From Saprospiraceae bacterium (GTDB lineage Bacteria; Bacteroidota; Bacteroidia; Chitinophagales; Saprospiraceae), in contig DAOLDB010000002.1 of assembly GCA_035327565.1 (NCBI GenBank), positions 5,661-69,660 on the forward strand: DNA of 64,000 nucleotides, given 5' to 3'. Positions 48,940 through 59,475 of the stretch are shown one piece after another; position 1 is the stretch's first letter; every line of letters starts with the position of its first letter. The notes under the pieces were generated by a model that saw only the letters and a program-made list of their open reading frames with translations, did no database searches and had not been told where the DNA came from. The position numbers were made by a program, and so were the translations under genes.

Positions 48940-49572
48940 TCAATGGTTTAACATGATTTGATTGGAAATGGAATTTTTAACTCTGGAATCATGGGTTACC
49001 ACAATGAGAGCTGCATTAACCAAAGCTGCCTGCTCCTTGAGTAATGCAATTACCTGTTCTGTATGGTGATCGTCGAGAGCAGCGGTGGGTTCATCCGCAA
49101 GAATTACAGCGGGTTGATTCACTATAGCCCGGGCAATGGATAGTCGTTGCTTTTCACCTTGACTAAGCCTGTTAGGATTGGAGTGTGCTTTTTCAGCAAT
49201 TCCAAGGTTTTGCAGGATTTGCATTGCCTGTTCTGAATCAAAATGTAAACCTGCCAAAGTCCTTGCCAAACTTAAATTCTCCAGGACTGATATAGATTCT
49301 ATAAAGTGTGGTTGCTGAAAAACGATACCTATCATCCTGCCCCTGAATTGGTCCAAACGGCTTCCTTTCATCAAATGAAGATCATGACCCTGAATGGAAA
49401 TGCGTCCTTCTTTTACAGGCATCAGACCTCCTATCAAATGAAGCAAGGTAGTCTTCCCTACTCCTGAACGACCTAATACGAGCAGGATATCATTTGCATC
49501 ACAATAAATATCCGGAAAATGAAAAGAATTATCCGAATCATAAGAATATTTTAACCCTTCTGTAGCAATCAT
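48940..49572 (-). CDS. ABC transporter ATP-binding protein
   Basis: 210 aa. Walker A GRSGVGKTT, signature LSQGEKQR and Walker B VILADEPTAALD. Sits 1 nt upstream of the permease. Confidence 0.9.
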   Translation of the reverse strand: MIATEGLKYSYDSDNSFHFPDIYCDANDILLVLGRSGVGKTTLLHLIGGLMPVKEGRISIQGHDLHLMKGSRLDQFRGRMIGIVFQQPHFIESISVLENLSLARTLAGLHFDSEQAMQILQNLGIAEKAHSNPNRLSQGEKQRLSIARAIVNQPAVILADEPTAALDDHHTEQVIALLKEQAALVNAALIVVTHDSRVKNSISNQIMLNH

Positions 49573-49584
49573 AGTTAATTATTT

Positions 49585-50511
49585 CTATAAAAGTGCTGCG
49601 CCAAATACGCCGGCACTATCTCCTAATTTTGGTTTGAGTAATGTAGTAAACATACTATGATTAAATACATGTTTTTTTAGTTCTTGTTTTCCCAAAGTAT
49701 ATAATTCATCAATATTTCCTACACCACCACCGATGACGATGGCATCCGGATCGAGAATATTGATTACATAAGATAAAGAAAATCCAAAAAAATGAATTAG
49801 ACGAAGGATGGTCTCTTCAGCAATAGGGTCAATTCCAAGACGATTGGCAGTTACTATGTCCTTCAATGATTTATTGACTCCTGAACGACTGTAATAAAAT
49901 CTCTCCAATGCAGGCCCTGAAATCACAGTTTCCACACAGCCGGTTTTACCACAATAGCACAAGCCTCCACTTTCATCCAAAAAATTATGCCCCCATTCTC
50001 CTCCAATCCCCTGCAAACCGGTTAGAGGTTTTCCATCGATCACTATACCCCCGCCTACACCTGTACCTAAAATAACACCAAATACTACGTGAGCGTCAGG
50101 TAATTCATCCCTCACTATCCCCAGATTGGTCTCGGCAATAGCAAAACAATTGGCATCATTGCTCATTTTTACTTTAATACCCAATAATTTTTCCAAATCC
50201 TTGTGCATGGGTTTTCCATTCAATGCAGTTGAATTGCAATTTTTCAATGTGCCCAATCCCGGATCTATGGTTCCGGGAGTTCCTATTCCCACTTCAGTCG
50301 GAAATATGCCATTTCTTTCTGAAAGTAAGTCAATCACTTTTTTTATGTTTCCTAAAATGACATCATAACCCTTTGCAGATTGAGTAGGTATTCGTAATCG
50401 GTCTACTATTTTCAACCCTTCTCCCGCCTGGAGGATTACTCCTTCTATTTTTGTGCCGCCCAAATCAATGCCCCAGTGATAATTCATGGCTTTAATAATT
50501 ATGTGGAGCAA
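49585..50511 (-). CDS. ROK-family sugar kinase (glucokinase / N-acetylglucosamine kinase-like)
   Basis: WGIDLGGTK ATP motif, GVGGGIV, and the zinc motif GEWGH...CYCGKTGCVE. The start may be the internal ATG (MNYHWGIDLGG) at 50487. Confidence 0.85.
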   Translation of the reverse strand: MLHIIIKAMNYHWGIDLGGTKIEGVILQAGEGLKIVDRLRIPTQSAKGYDVILGNIKKVIDLLSERNGIFPTEVGIGTPGTIDPGLGTLKNCNSTALNGKPMHKDLEKLLGIKVKMSNDANCFAIAETNLGIVRDELPDAHVVFGVILGTGVGGGIVIDGKPLTGLQGIGGEWGHNFLDESGGLCYCGKTGCVETVISGPALERFYYSRSGVNKSLKDIVTANRLGIDPIAEETILRLIHFFGFSLSYVINILDPDAIVIGGGVGNIDELYTLGKQELKKHVFNHSMFTTLLKPKLGDSAGVFGAALL

Positions 50512-50697
50512 TATAGAAAAAAGGTATATTTTCTGTGAAAAAACAATTATTGATTTGTAATTTTGTTCTTCAAATCATATCTAAATGATCATGAAGCACA
50601 GATAGTTGGTGAGAGGATGTCTCTCAAATGATGGGCATTCTGTCTTTATAGTGACCTGGTTGGCAAACCGGGGTATTGTATTCATTTTAAAATATCT

Positions 50698-52089
50698 GTG
50701 GTGATCAAAAAAAGTATTGCTTTATTTAAAGAAGCTCTCCGGAGTGAAGAACGAGATTATACACGAGGTAGTTTACGTGTATCTCTTTTCCTATTAGCCA
50801 TACCTATGATCTTTGAAATGGTTATGGAATCACTTTTTGCAATTGTGGATACTTTTTTTGTGTCCCGGATCAGTACCGAAGCAGTTGCAACTATTGGCAT
50901 TACAGAATCCATATTGATGATTATTGAATCGGTGGCTATTGGTATATCCATTGCAGGAACCGCGTTGATTGCAAGGAGAGTTGGGGAGAAGAAAATAGAA
51001 GAGGCAAGGAAGGTGGTTTTCAATGTCATCGTTGTTGGGATTGTTTTTGCCGTTATAGTGGGTGTTTTTTGCTTTGTGTATGCTTCTGACATACTTAGAT
51101 GGATGGGAAGTGAGCCCGAGTTAATTGCACAAGGTAAAGGATATACTTCCATCATTCTTGGCTTTAATATTTTCTTGGTTATGCTTTTTGTTATCAATGG
51201 GGTATTCAGAGGAGCGGGGAATGCTGCCATTGCTATGCGAACTTTATGGCTTGCCAATGGATTGAATATTGTTTTGGATCCACTGTTGATTTTTGGGTTA
51301 GGTCCGATACCCGGTATGGGATTGGAAGGTGCGGCTATAGCTACTTGTATAGGTAGAGGATCAGGCGTAGTGTATCAATGGCTACACCTATATGGTGGAA
51401 AATCCGGTATCAGTATTACCTTGAAAGATTTCAAATTGTCGGGAATAACTATCCGTAAGATTATTAGTCTCACTTCCGGAGCAGCAGGTCAATTTTTAAT
51501 TTCCACAGCAAGCTGGATATTTTTAGTTCGTATTATCAATTACTTTGGAAGCGCTGCTGTAGCTGGTTATACGATTGCTATACGGATTATCATATTTTCC
51601 ATTCTGCCTTCCTGGGGCTTATCCAATGCTGTAGCAACCCTTACCGGTCAGAATTTAGGGGCGGGAAAACCTGATAGAGCAGAACGCACTGTATGGATGG
51701 CAGGTAGGTACAATATGTATTTCCTGATTGTTATGGGAATAGTATTTTTTATTTTTGCATACAGTCTAACAGGCGTATTTACCCAGGACAAAGAAGTGAT
51801 GAAATATGGTGCACAGGCACTTAAAATACTTTGTACCGGATATATATTCTATGCATACCAGATGGTAATCGGGCAGGCATTCAATGGGGCGGGAGATACA
51901 AGAACTCCAGCCTTATTAAATGTGATTGCATTGTGGTGTATTCAAATACCGATGGCGTACTTTCTTTCAGTAGTTTGGCAGTGGGGCCCTAATGGAGTGT
52001 TCGTTTCCATTGCCTTTAGTAATGCCATTTTAGCTGCTTTGGGAATTTGGGTATTTACAATGGGAATGTGGAAAAATAAAATAGTGTAG
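50698..52089 (+). CDS. MATE-family efflux transporter
   Basis: 463 aa, approximately 12 TM helices. Typical MATE N-terminus (SLFLLAIPMIFEMVMESLFAIVDTFFVSR) and an internal duplication. Apparent GTG start. Confidence 0.88.
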   Translation: MVIKKSIALFKEALRSEERDYTRGSLRVSLFLLAIPMIFEMVMESLFAIVDTFFVSRISTEAVATIGITESILMIIESVAIGISIAGTALIARRVGEKKIEEARKVVFNVIVVGIVFAVIVGVFCFVYASDILRWMGSEPELIAQGKGYTSIILGFNIFLVMLFVINGVFRGAGNAAIAMRTLWLANGLNIVLDPLLIFGLGPIPGMGLEGAAIATCIGRGSGVVYQWLHLYGGKSGISITLKDFKLSGITIRKIISLTSGAAGQFLISTASWIFLVRIINYFGSAAVAGYTIAIRIIIFSILPSWGLSNAVATLTGQNLGAGKPDRAERTVWMAGRYNMYFLIVMGIVFFIFAYSLTGVFTQDKEVMKYGAQALKILCTGYIFYAYQMVIGQAFNGAGDTRTPALLNVIALWCIQIPMAYFLSVVWQWGPNGVFVSIAFSNAILAALGIWVFTMGMWKNKIV

Positions 52090-52126
52090 GGAATATCATT
52101 GTTACTTTATTTTTCCTATAAATAAA

Positions 52127-52162
52127 GAATGCAGGTATTCAATTCAAAGAAGACCTGCATTC
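52127..52162. terminator. Bidirectional terminator hairpin between the convergent MATE and M28 genes
   Basis: GAATGCAGGT-(16-nt loop)-ACCTGCATTC, a perfect 10-bp stem flanked by T/A-rich sequence. Confidence 0.65.
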
Positions 52163-52192
52163 TTCATCAGGGTAAAGTCAATGCCAGCATGT

Positions 52193-53761
52193 TTAGTTTG
52201 TACCTGAACGCAAATCTAAATCCAAAGGTTTTCTTGGGAGTTTTTCATCCATCATAGCGGTGTTCCAAACAAAAGCTGCAATAATCGTAGCCGCTTGTTT
52301 CAGATCATCTTCAATCAAATGGTCGTAATTGTCCATATTGGAATGATGAGTTCGGTTAAAGTAAGCTATTGGATCCTGAATAAATTGAAACCCTGGGATA
52401 CCAACCCCATCAAACGGTAAATGGTCGGTACCTCCTGTATTGGATAAAGTGAGAGTTCCTGCCTCTAGGTCTTTAAATGGTTCAAACCATTTGCGAAAGA
52501 TAGGAGCCACTTTCTCATTTCCCTGCATATAAATTCCCCGGATTTTTCCGGTACCATTGTCCAGATTATAATATGCTGAAATTTTTGACTGAGCAGGCTT
52601 TATTGACTGTGGTGTCCAGCCGCCTTCACCAAATTCAGCAAAATGTTTTCCAACATAATTTCTGGAGCCAAAGAGTCCCTGCTCTTCTCCAGACCATAGT
52701 GCAATTCGCAAGGTGCGCCTTGGTTGTATTCCTGACTCTTTGATGGTTTCCATGAGTATCCTGGCAGCTTCCATCATTACTGAGGAACCGGCGGCATTGT
52801 CTGTAGCTCCGGTACCAGTATGCCAAGAATCAATGTGTGCACCAAACATCACCACTTCATCGCTAAGATCGGTTCCTGGAATTTCTCCTATGACATTATA
52901 TTGCATCTGATCTTCTTCAATGAAGGAAGCACTCAAATCAATATGGAGTTCAACAGGAATATTTTTTTGCATTAGCCTGATGATGCGATTATAATGCTCA
53001 ACGGATACAGTGACCTGAGGAACAATTGATTTTCCCACTTCCTGAGGTCTCCCTTCGGCGCTTCTTGCACCGGATACAAACACTGTTCCTAAGTCACCTT
53101 TAAAACTCCTGTCCAAAACCGCCAAAGGTTTCTCTTCTTCTATAAATTTCCACATGGCCTGGTTGAAGGAAAAACTTCCGAATCCACCCTGCCTTCTGGG
53201 TCTCGGTGTGGGCGCGGCTGCGTTGGCCATCCTTAACAATTCTTCACTTTCATATCTCGCAGCAGGGGCTGTAAACCACTCACTGACTTCCCGGATATCG
53301 TCAATCATTACAAATTTTCCTGTAAGTTTGCCTTTGTATTTATTGAGATCTTCTTCATTCTTCGGGTCAAAAAATATAACCTCTCCTTTCCCCTGAACAG
53401 AAGGTGACCATGCTTTTGGATAGGCAATCAGTGGAAAATAACTGGGTGAAGTAGCATGAATGTGAAACATTTCCAATTGCCAGCCCCTACCAAAAGGTCC
53501 CCATTCATCCAGATGAACATTCTTCAATCCAAATTCTTTCAGTTTCTCCATACTCCAGGCAGATGCTTTGTTTAGCATGGGTGATCCGGTGAGTCTGGGG
53601 CCATGTACATCAGTTAACCAGGATGCAATATCCATAACCTGACTATTTTCAAGTCCATGTTTCCTTATTGACTGGATGACCTGTGATTGATCAGTTTCCT
53701 GAGCAATGGAAGAAGAATACATGATGAAGCAAGCAAATAAGATAAAAACCCAATTTTTCAT
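52193..53761 (-). CDS. M28-family zinc aminopeptidase with a PA (protease-associated) domain, secreted
   Basis: 522 aa with signal peptide. M28 metal-ligand motifs GAHIDSWHTGTGATDNAAG, SGEEQGLFGS and GGTDHLPF. Confidence 0.78.
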   Translation of the reverse strand: MKNWVFILFACFIMYSSSIAQETDQSQVIQSIRKHGLENSQVMDIASWLTDVHGPRLTGSPMLNKASAWSMEKLKEFGLKNVHLDEWGPFGRGWQLEMFHIHATSPSYFPLIAYPKAWSPSVQGKGEVIFFDPKNEEDLNKYKGKLTGKFVMIDDIREVSEWFTAPAARYESEELLRMANAAAPTPRPRRQGGFGSFSFNQAMWKFIEEEKPLAVLDRSFKGDLGTVFVSGARSAEGRPQEVGKSIVPQVTVSVEHYNRIIRLMQKNIPVELHIDLSASFIEEDQMQYNVIGEIPGTDLSDEVVMFGAHIDSWHTGTGATDNAAGSSVMMEAARILMETIKESGIQPRRTLRIALWSGEEQGLFGSRNYVGKHFAEFGEGGWTPQSIKPAQSKISAYYNLDNGTGKIRGIYMQGNEKVAPIFRKWFEPFKDLEAGTLTLSNTGGTDHLPFDGVGIPGFQFIQDPIAYFNRTHHSNMDNYDHLIEDDLKQAATIIAAFVWNTAMMDEKLPRKPLDLDLRSGTN

Positions 53762-53985
53762 TTAGAAGATTTTAAGTTGTTGAAATCCATTTAGTAATAA
53801 TCATCTTTGTAACAGATGATTGGTTTGAAAATTTTTAAGCAAAGCAAAATTATAACATTTATACTATAATACACATGAAAGTTTGATTCGATCTTTATAA
53901 GACATAAACAAACTGCAAATACCTCTGAATATTTTCAATTGAACACTACCAAAGCCTGTAAAGTTATTATTTTTGCGGCCTTGCA

Positions 53986-56900
53986 ATGGATTTCAACACA
54001 AAGGATATGGATAAATCTTCAAATTACAGAGAGATAAAAAGCCTCAATCTTCCGGAAATAGACTCTGAAATACTTGAGTTTTGGAAAAATGAGGAGATTT
54101 TTAAAAAAAGTATTGAGAATAAACCTTCCAATAAAACCTTCGTTTTTTATGAAGGACCACCTTCGGCCAATGGTATTCCGGGAATTCACCACGTAATGGC
54201 TCGAACGATTAAAGATATTTTTTGTCGTTACCGCACCATGAAAGGATTCAGAGTAGAGCGTAAAGGGGGCTGGGACACGCATGGTCTTCCAATAGAATTG
54301 AGTGTAGAGAAAGAACTCAACATCACTAAAGAAGATATTGGAGTAAGTATTTCTATTGAGGATTATAACGCGAAATGCAGGGAAACGGTAATGCGTTATA
54401 AGGATTTATGGGATGACCTTACCGTAAAAATGGGTTATTGGGTTGACCTTGACAATCCATACATTACTTTTGATAATGAATTTATTGAGTCGGTTTGGTG
54501 GCTTTTAAAACAACTCTACACCAAAGGCTTTTTATATAAGGGATATACTATACAACCTTATTCTCCTGCAGCAGGAACAGGTCTTTCTTCTCATGAGCTC
54601 AATCAACCTGGGTGTTACAGAGAAGTAAAGGACACCAGTGTTGTGGCACAGTTTAAAGTGGTCAGAAATGAAAAGTCTGAATTTCTTTTTGATGAGGAGG
54701 GTAGGGGAGATGTGTACTTCCTGGCATGGACCACTACACCATGGACACTTCCTTCCAATACAGCCCTCGCCTTAGGAGAAGCCATTCATTATATAAAAGT
54801 TCAGACATATAATCCATATACTAAACTTCCCGCCCAGGTCATTCTGGCAAAAGATTTAATGGCTTCATGGTTTAAGAAGGAATATAAGGGTTTGTCATTA
54901 GAGTCATTTGATCCGGATGGGAAAGCAATGCCTTACAAAATTACGGGTACATATACAGGTTCAGAAATGGAAGGCATTCGATATGAGCAATTATTACCAT
55001 ATGCACAACCTGAAGAGGGTGATGCTTTTAAAGTGGTGATTGGAGATTTTGTTTCTACAGATGAAGGTACTGGTATTGTACATGTGGCACCTTCATTTGG
55101 AGCAGATGATTTAAAAGTGGCCAGAAAATATGGCATAGGTTCGCTGACTTTGGTTGATCCTCACGGCAAATTTCTAAATGTCGTTACTGATTTTGCCGGC
55201 AGGTATGTAAAAGACTATAAAGATGAAGGCGAAGCCTACAGAAATGTAGATGTTGACATTGCAATTAAGTTGAAACAAGAAAATAAGGCATTCCATGTAC
55301 AAAAATACAGTCACAACTACCCCCACTGCTGGCGCACAGATAAGCCGATATTGTACTATCCTTTGGACAGTTGGTTTGTTAAAACTACTGCTGTAAAAGA
55401 TAAAATGATTGCCCTGAACAATACCATTAACTGGAAACCTGCGCATACCGGAGAAAAAAGATTTGGTAACTGGCTTGAGAACCTGCAGGATTGGAATCTT
55501 TCCAGATCCAGGTTTTGGGGTATACCCCTCCCTATTTGGCGTACAGAGGACCAGGAAGAAGAGATATGCATTGGTTCAATAGAAGAGTTGCAAAAAGAGA
55601 TCAAAAAATCCAATCTCCAACTGGGATTGGATCAGCCTGTACCTGTTGATTTGCACAGGCCTTTTATCGATGAGGTCATTTTGGTGTCTGCAAATGGAAA
55701 AAGGATGAAGCGAGAGATTGATCTGATTGATGTTTGGTTTGACAGTGGTTCAATGCCCTATGCACAGCACCATTACCCTTTTCAGAACCAGGAGAAAATT
55801 GAAAACAAAACCCATTTTCCGGCAGATTTTATCAGTGAGGGTGTTGATCAGACCCGTGGTTGGTTTTATACATTACATGCCATTGCTTCTATGTTGTTTA
55901 ATTCTGTAGCATATAAAAATGTAGTATCAACCGGTCTCGTATTGGATAAAGATGGAGTGAAAATGTCTAAAAGATTAGGCAATGTGGTCAACCCTTTTGA
56001 AACACTTGAACTGTATGGCGCAGATTCTACCCGGTGGTATATGGTATCCAATGCACCACCCTGGGACAATCTTAAATTTGATCTGGCCGGAGTAGATGAA
56101 GTCAGGAAAAAATTTTTTGGAACATTATTCAATACGTATACATTTTTTGCCTTATATGCCAATATCGATCAATTCAGATTCATAGAAACATATATTCCTA
56201 TCGATAAAAGACCTGAAATCGACCGTTGGATCATTTCATTGATGAATAGTTTAATTCAGGATGTTGATGCCTATTATGCCGATTATGATCCCACCCCTGC
56301 AGTCCGCAAAATTTATACATTCCTGGATGAGCATTTGAGTAATTGGTATGTTCGATTATGCAGAAGACGCTTCTGGAAGGGAGAGTACACTCATGACAAG
56401 ATAGCAGCTTATCAAACCCTGTATGAGTGCCTGATCACTATTGCCAAACTCATTGCTCCCGTGGCGCCATTTTTTGCAGAGTGGGTTTTCAGAAACCTGA
56501 ATACCATAACTTCGTTGGATAAAAATCAATCAGTGCATCTGGCTGATTTTCCGGTGGAGGATACGAATATCATAGACAAGGAGTTGGAGCAGCGGATGGA
56601 ATATGCTCAGCGTATTTCCTCTCTTGTACTCTCATTAAGGAAAAAAGCAAAAATACGTGTACGTCAGCCGTTACAAAGGATATTGGTGCCAATATTGGAT
56701 CCTTCATTTCAGGATCGAATCGAATGGGTTAGGGAGCTTATTCTGGCCGAAGTTAATGTCAAAGACATCGAATACATTACCGATACTTCCGGTATCATCA
56801 AAAAGAAAGCCAAACCCAATTACAAAACTTTAGGGAAATTGCTGGGGAAGCATATGAAAGAAGCTTCCCTGAAGATACAATCTTGGGATCAGCATACAAT

Positions 56901-57321
56901 TTCTGAAATCGAAAATAATGGATATGTTGACCTTGTACTGGAAGGAGAAATTTTCAGAATAACCCTTGGCGATCTTGAAATTCTTTCAGAAGATATCCCA
57001 GGTTGGGAAGTAGCTCATGATGGAAAACTAACCGTAGCGTTGGATACAACTTTGAATGAACATTTGATTGCTGAAGGCACTGCCCGTGAATTGGTGAATC
57101 GCATCCAAAACCTGCGTAAGAACAAAGATTTTGAAGTAACTGACCGGATTAAACTTATTATTTCCAATCATCAAAGCATTCAGCCGGCCATAGATTATTT
57201 TGGTGGCTTTATTAAAGATGAAGTATTGGCCGACAATATATTCATAGGAGAAAACGACGGAGATCCTGTCGAGTTGTTTGAAGATGTTACTATCAGAATT
57301 CATGCAGATGTAGTTCAATAA
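53986..57321 (+). CDS. ileS: Isoleucine--tRNA ligase (type 2)
   Basis: 1111 aa. HIGH-type motif PSANGIPGIHHV, the KMSKRLGN (KMSKS) motif, and a long C-terminal extension without a zinc-finger CXXC pair. Confidence 0.95.
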   Translation: MDFNTKDMDKSSNYREIKSLNLPEIDSEILEFWKNEEIFKKSIENKPSNKTFVFYEGPPSANGIPGIHHVMARTIKDIFCRYRTMKGFRVERKGGWDTHGLPIELSVEKELNITKEDIGVSISIEDYNAKCRETVMRYKDLWDDLTVKMGYWVDLDNPYITFDNEFIESVWWLLKQLYTKGFLYKGYTIQPYSPAAGTGLSSHELNQPGCYREVKDTSVVAQFKVVRNEKSEFLFDEEGRGDVYFLAWTTTPWTLPSNTALALGEAIHYIKVQTYNPYTKLPAQVILAKDLMASWFKKEYKGLSLESFDPDGKAMPYKITGTYTGSEMEGIRYEQLLPYAQPEEGDAFKVVIGDFVSTDEGTGIVHVAPSFGADDLKVARKYGIGSLTLVDPHGKFLNVVTDFAGRYVKDYKDEGEAYRNVDVDIAIKLKQENKAFHVQKYSHNYPHCWRTDKPILYYPLDSWFVKTTAVKDKMIALNNTINWKPAHTGEKRFGNWLENLQDWNLSRSRFWGIPLPIWRTEDQEEEICIGSIEELQKEIKKSNLQLGLDQPVPVDLHRPFIDEVILVSANGKRMKREIDLIDVWFDSGSMPYAQHHYPFQNQEKIENKTHFPADFISEGVDQTRGWFYTLHAIASMLFNSVAYKNVVSTGLVLDKDGVKMSKRLGNVVNPFETLELYGADSTRWYMVSNAPPWDNLKFDLAGVDEVRKKFFGTLFNTYTFFALYANIDQFRFIETYIPIDKRPEIDRWIISLMNSLIQDVDAYYADYDPTPAVRKIYTFLDEHLSNWYVRLCRRRFWKGEYTHDKIAAYQTLYECLITIAKLIAPVAPFFAEWVFRNLNTITSLDKNQSVHLADFPVEDTNIIDKELEQRMEYAQRISSLVLSLRKKAKIRVRQPLQRILVPILDPSFQDRIEWVRELILAEVNVKDIEYITDTSGIIKKKAKPNYKTLGKLLGKHMKEASLKIQSWDQHTISEIENNGYVDLVLEGEIFRITLGDLEILSEDIPGWEVAHDGKLTVALDTTLNEHLIAEGTARELVNRIQNLRKNKDFEVTDRIKLIISNHQSIQPAIDYFGGFIKDEVLADNIFIGENDGDPVELFEDVTIRIHADVVQ

Positions 57322-57326
57322 AGCAA

Positions 57327-58574
57327 TCAATGGGAGTAAGTTTGCAGAATTTCTGCGAATCCATTTCGATGATTTTCAAAGTCTTCAGATAAACGGCCTT
57401 TTTGCACATACTGATTTGCTTTTTGTCTTTGTCCTGTTTTGTGGTGTAAGGATGCCAGCAAAAGATACGTTTCTGCCTGAGATTTTAGTTCAGCGCTGAA
57501 TTCGAGCCAATGAATTGCCCAGCCCAGCCTTTCGGAGTCATCGTACTTTCTAAAAAAAGCATTTCCTAAATGTGTGATGCGAGCAGTAATTTTATCCGAT
57601 TGTGAAGAACTTTGTCGGTTTGTAAACCTGGAAGTTCTTTCATCAGCCTTCTTTATATCTTCAGGACTATATATAAGAATATATTCTTCCATCAACTCCT
57701 TAGCTAATTCTGCATATGAAGTGTCATCCGTATAGTAAAAGATGTCTAATAAATGAGTTTTGTATTCTTTTTCGGCATTCTCGCTCACTGTAATTATTTT
57801 ACTGTAGAGAATTTTTTGCAATTCATAGATATGATATAACAAGGATTGATCAAGTAGGGCAGTAGCATTTCGTGCTTCCCGTTTCAGCCGGTCACTCATG
57901 GTAATGCCACTTTGGATCTGATTCATATCAAAACGACTCATTCGAATGTTTCTGACTAAAGTATCAAGGATGTGCAGGGGCAGATTCATGGCTGAATGCT
58001 GTATTAAAAATAGTGTTGAATCGGCAATTTTTTCTGCTGTGGTCAGTTGATTCCAAAATTGGAGTATAATATCTGTCTTTAATGAAGCTTGGATGGAAGG
58101 GTAGGATTGTAATATTTTCAGCAATTCTTCTTTTTGAAATTCGTTGATGTTGACCTCAAAATATTGGAAAAAAGAGAAAACAGATTGAGCGGATTCAATC
58201 AGATTATCGCCGGTTGTAAAGCCAATCATTTTGTAAATGATCTGACCATTGGAATCCAGAAACAACAGTGTGGGATAGGAATGTACAGACCATTGCTCTG
58301 AAAGTGGTATTCCCTGGGTTTCTTCTTCAGCGTCGAGTTTATAACTAATAAAGGAAGCATTGAAGAATTCACCGACCTCCGGTATAGTAAACACCTCAGC
58401 ATCCAGTTTTTTGCATGGAGCACACCATTCGGTGTACACATCGACAAAGATGAGTTTATTTTCATCTCTTGCCATTTGGAGCACCTGCTGGAAATCTCCC
58501 TGAACGAATTGAATTCCTGCATGGAGTAGTATCCCTGATAAGGTAAATAAGATTGTAAGTAATGATTTCATCAT
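57327..58574 (-). CDS. Secreted thioredoxin-fold protein with a helical (TPR-like) C-terminal region
   Basis: 415 aa with signal peptide. Redox motif WCAPCK within a thioredoxin-like N-terminal domain. Confidence 0.7.
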   Translation of the reverse strand: MMKSLLTILFTLSGILLHAGIQFVQGDFQQVLQMARDENKLIFVDVYTEWCAPCKKLDAEVFTIPEVGEFFNASFISYKLDAEEETQGIPLSEQWSVHSYPTLLFLDSNGQIIYKMIGFTTGDNLIESAQSVFSFFQYFEVNINEFQKEELLKILQSYPSIQASLKTDIILQFWNQLTTAEKIADSTLFLIQHSAMNLPLHILDTLVRNIRMSRFDMNQIQSGITMSDRLKREARNATALLDQSLLYHIYELQKILYSKIITVSENAEKEYKTHLLDIFYYTDDTSYAELAKELMEEYILIYSPEDIKKADERTSRFTNRQSSSQSDKITARITHLGNAFFRKYDDSERLGWAIHWLEFSAELKSQAETYLLLASLHHKTGQRQKANQYVQKGRLSEDFENHRNGFAEILQTYSH

Positions 58575-58947
58575 ATTGAAGCTTTATGAATGAAAGGTGA
58601 ATGGAATCTTCCCAAAAAAATGTCACTTCTTTGTAAATAGGCTAATTGTAACATAAGGCCTTACCTTACCTGAAATGAATTCTGTTTAACAATAAAAAAG
58701 AACTGCTTTTGCAAAATTGTCGGTTATTCTGTAAAGCATATATGTAAATATAATCACAATTTAAAAATATAAAGTTTATCTTCTTTAAGATTTCTATTGT
58801 TAAATAATAACTTGTAATTCTTTTAAGTTTCAATTTTTGTATTGTTGGATAATCGGTTCAAGAAAAGTAAATAAAATAAATGAAAATAAATAGAGTGGGT
58901 TTCAATTTTTGTATTTGTGGGAAAACGCTATATATAAGTTGAACAAC

Positions 58948-59475
58948 ATGAAAAAACAGGTAATTTTAAATCTTTTAACTGAAAATCACAGTGCTTTTAT
59001 TGATTTCATTGATGATTTGACTTTTGATGAATTTTTAGTGAGTAATCGTGGTAAATGGACACCGGGACAACAGCTTGATCATATTTTACTTAGTGTCAGA
59101 CCGGTTAGAATGGTAATAAGTCTGCCAAAAATTTTATTGAAATTTTTATGGGGTAAAGCAAACAGGAAAAGCAGAACTTATGATGAATTAGTCAAAAAAT
59201 ACCAGTATAAACTAGAAATGGGGGGTCGTGCTTCCGGAAGATTTATACCTAAAAAGGTGACTTTTGAAAAAAAGCACTATGTGATTAAAAAATTAAAGAA
59301 AGAAATTGTCACATTGCGCACAAAATTGGAAAGGTTTTCTGAAGATGAACTTGATTATTATGTAATTCCCCACCCTCTTTTAGGAAAATTGACAGCGAGG
59401 GAAATGTTGTATTTTACCATTTATCACGTTGAACACCATAACAAGTTAACGGAACGAGATTTAAAAAATAATTAG
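58948..59475 (+). CDS. DinB-family (four-helix-bundle, metal-binding) protein
   Basis: His-containing helices (QQLDHILLS ... IYHVEHHNKL) typical of DinB_2-like proteins. I prefer the ATG at 58948 (MKKQVILN) over the TTG at 58909 in the ORF track. Confidence 0.55.
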   Translation: MKKQVILNLLTENHSAFIDFIDDLTFDEFLVSNRGKWTPGQQLDHILLSVRPVRMVISLPKILLKFLWGKANRKSRTYDELVKKYQYKLEMGGRASGRFIPKKVTFEKKHYVIKKLKKEIVTLRTKLERFSEDELDYYVIPHPLLGKLTAREMLYFTIYHVEHHNKLTERDLKNN

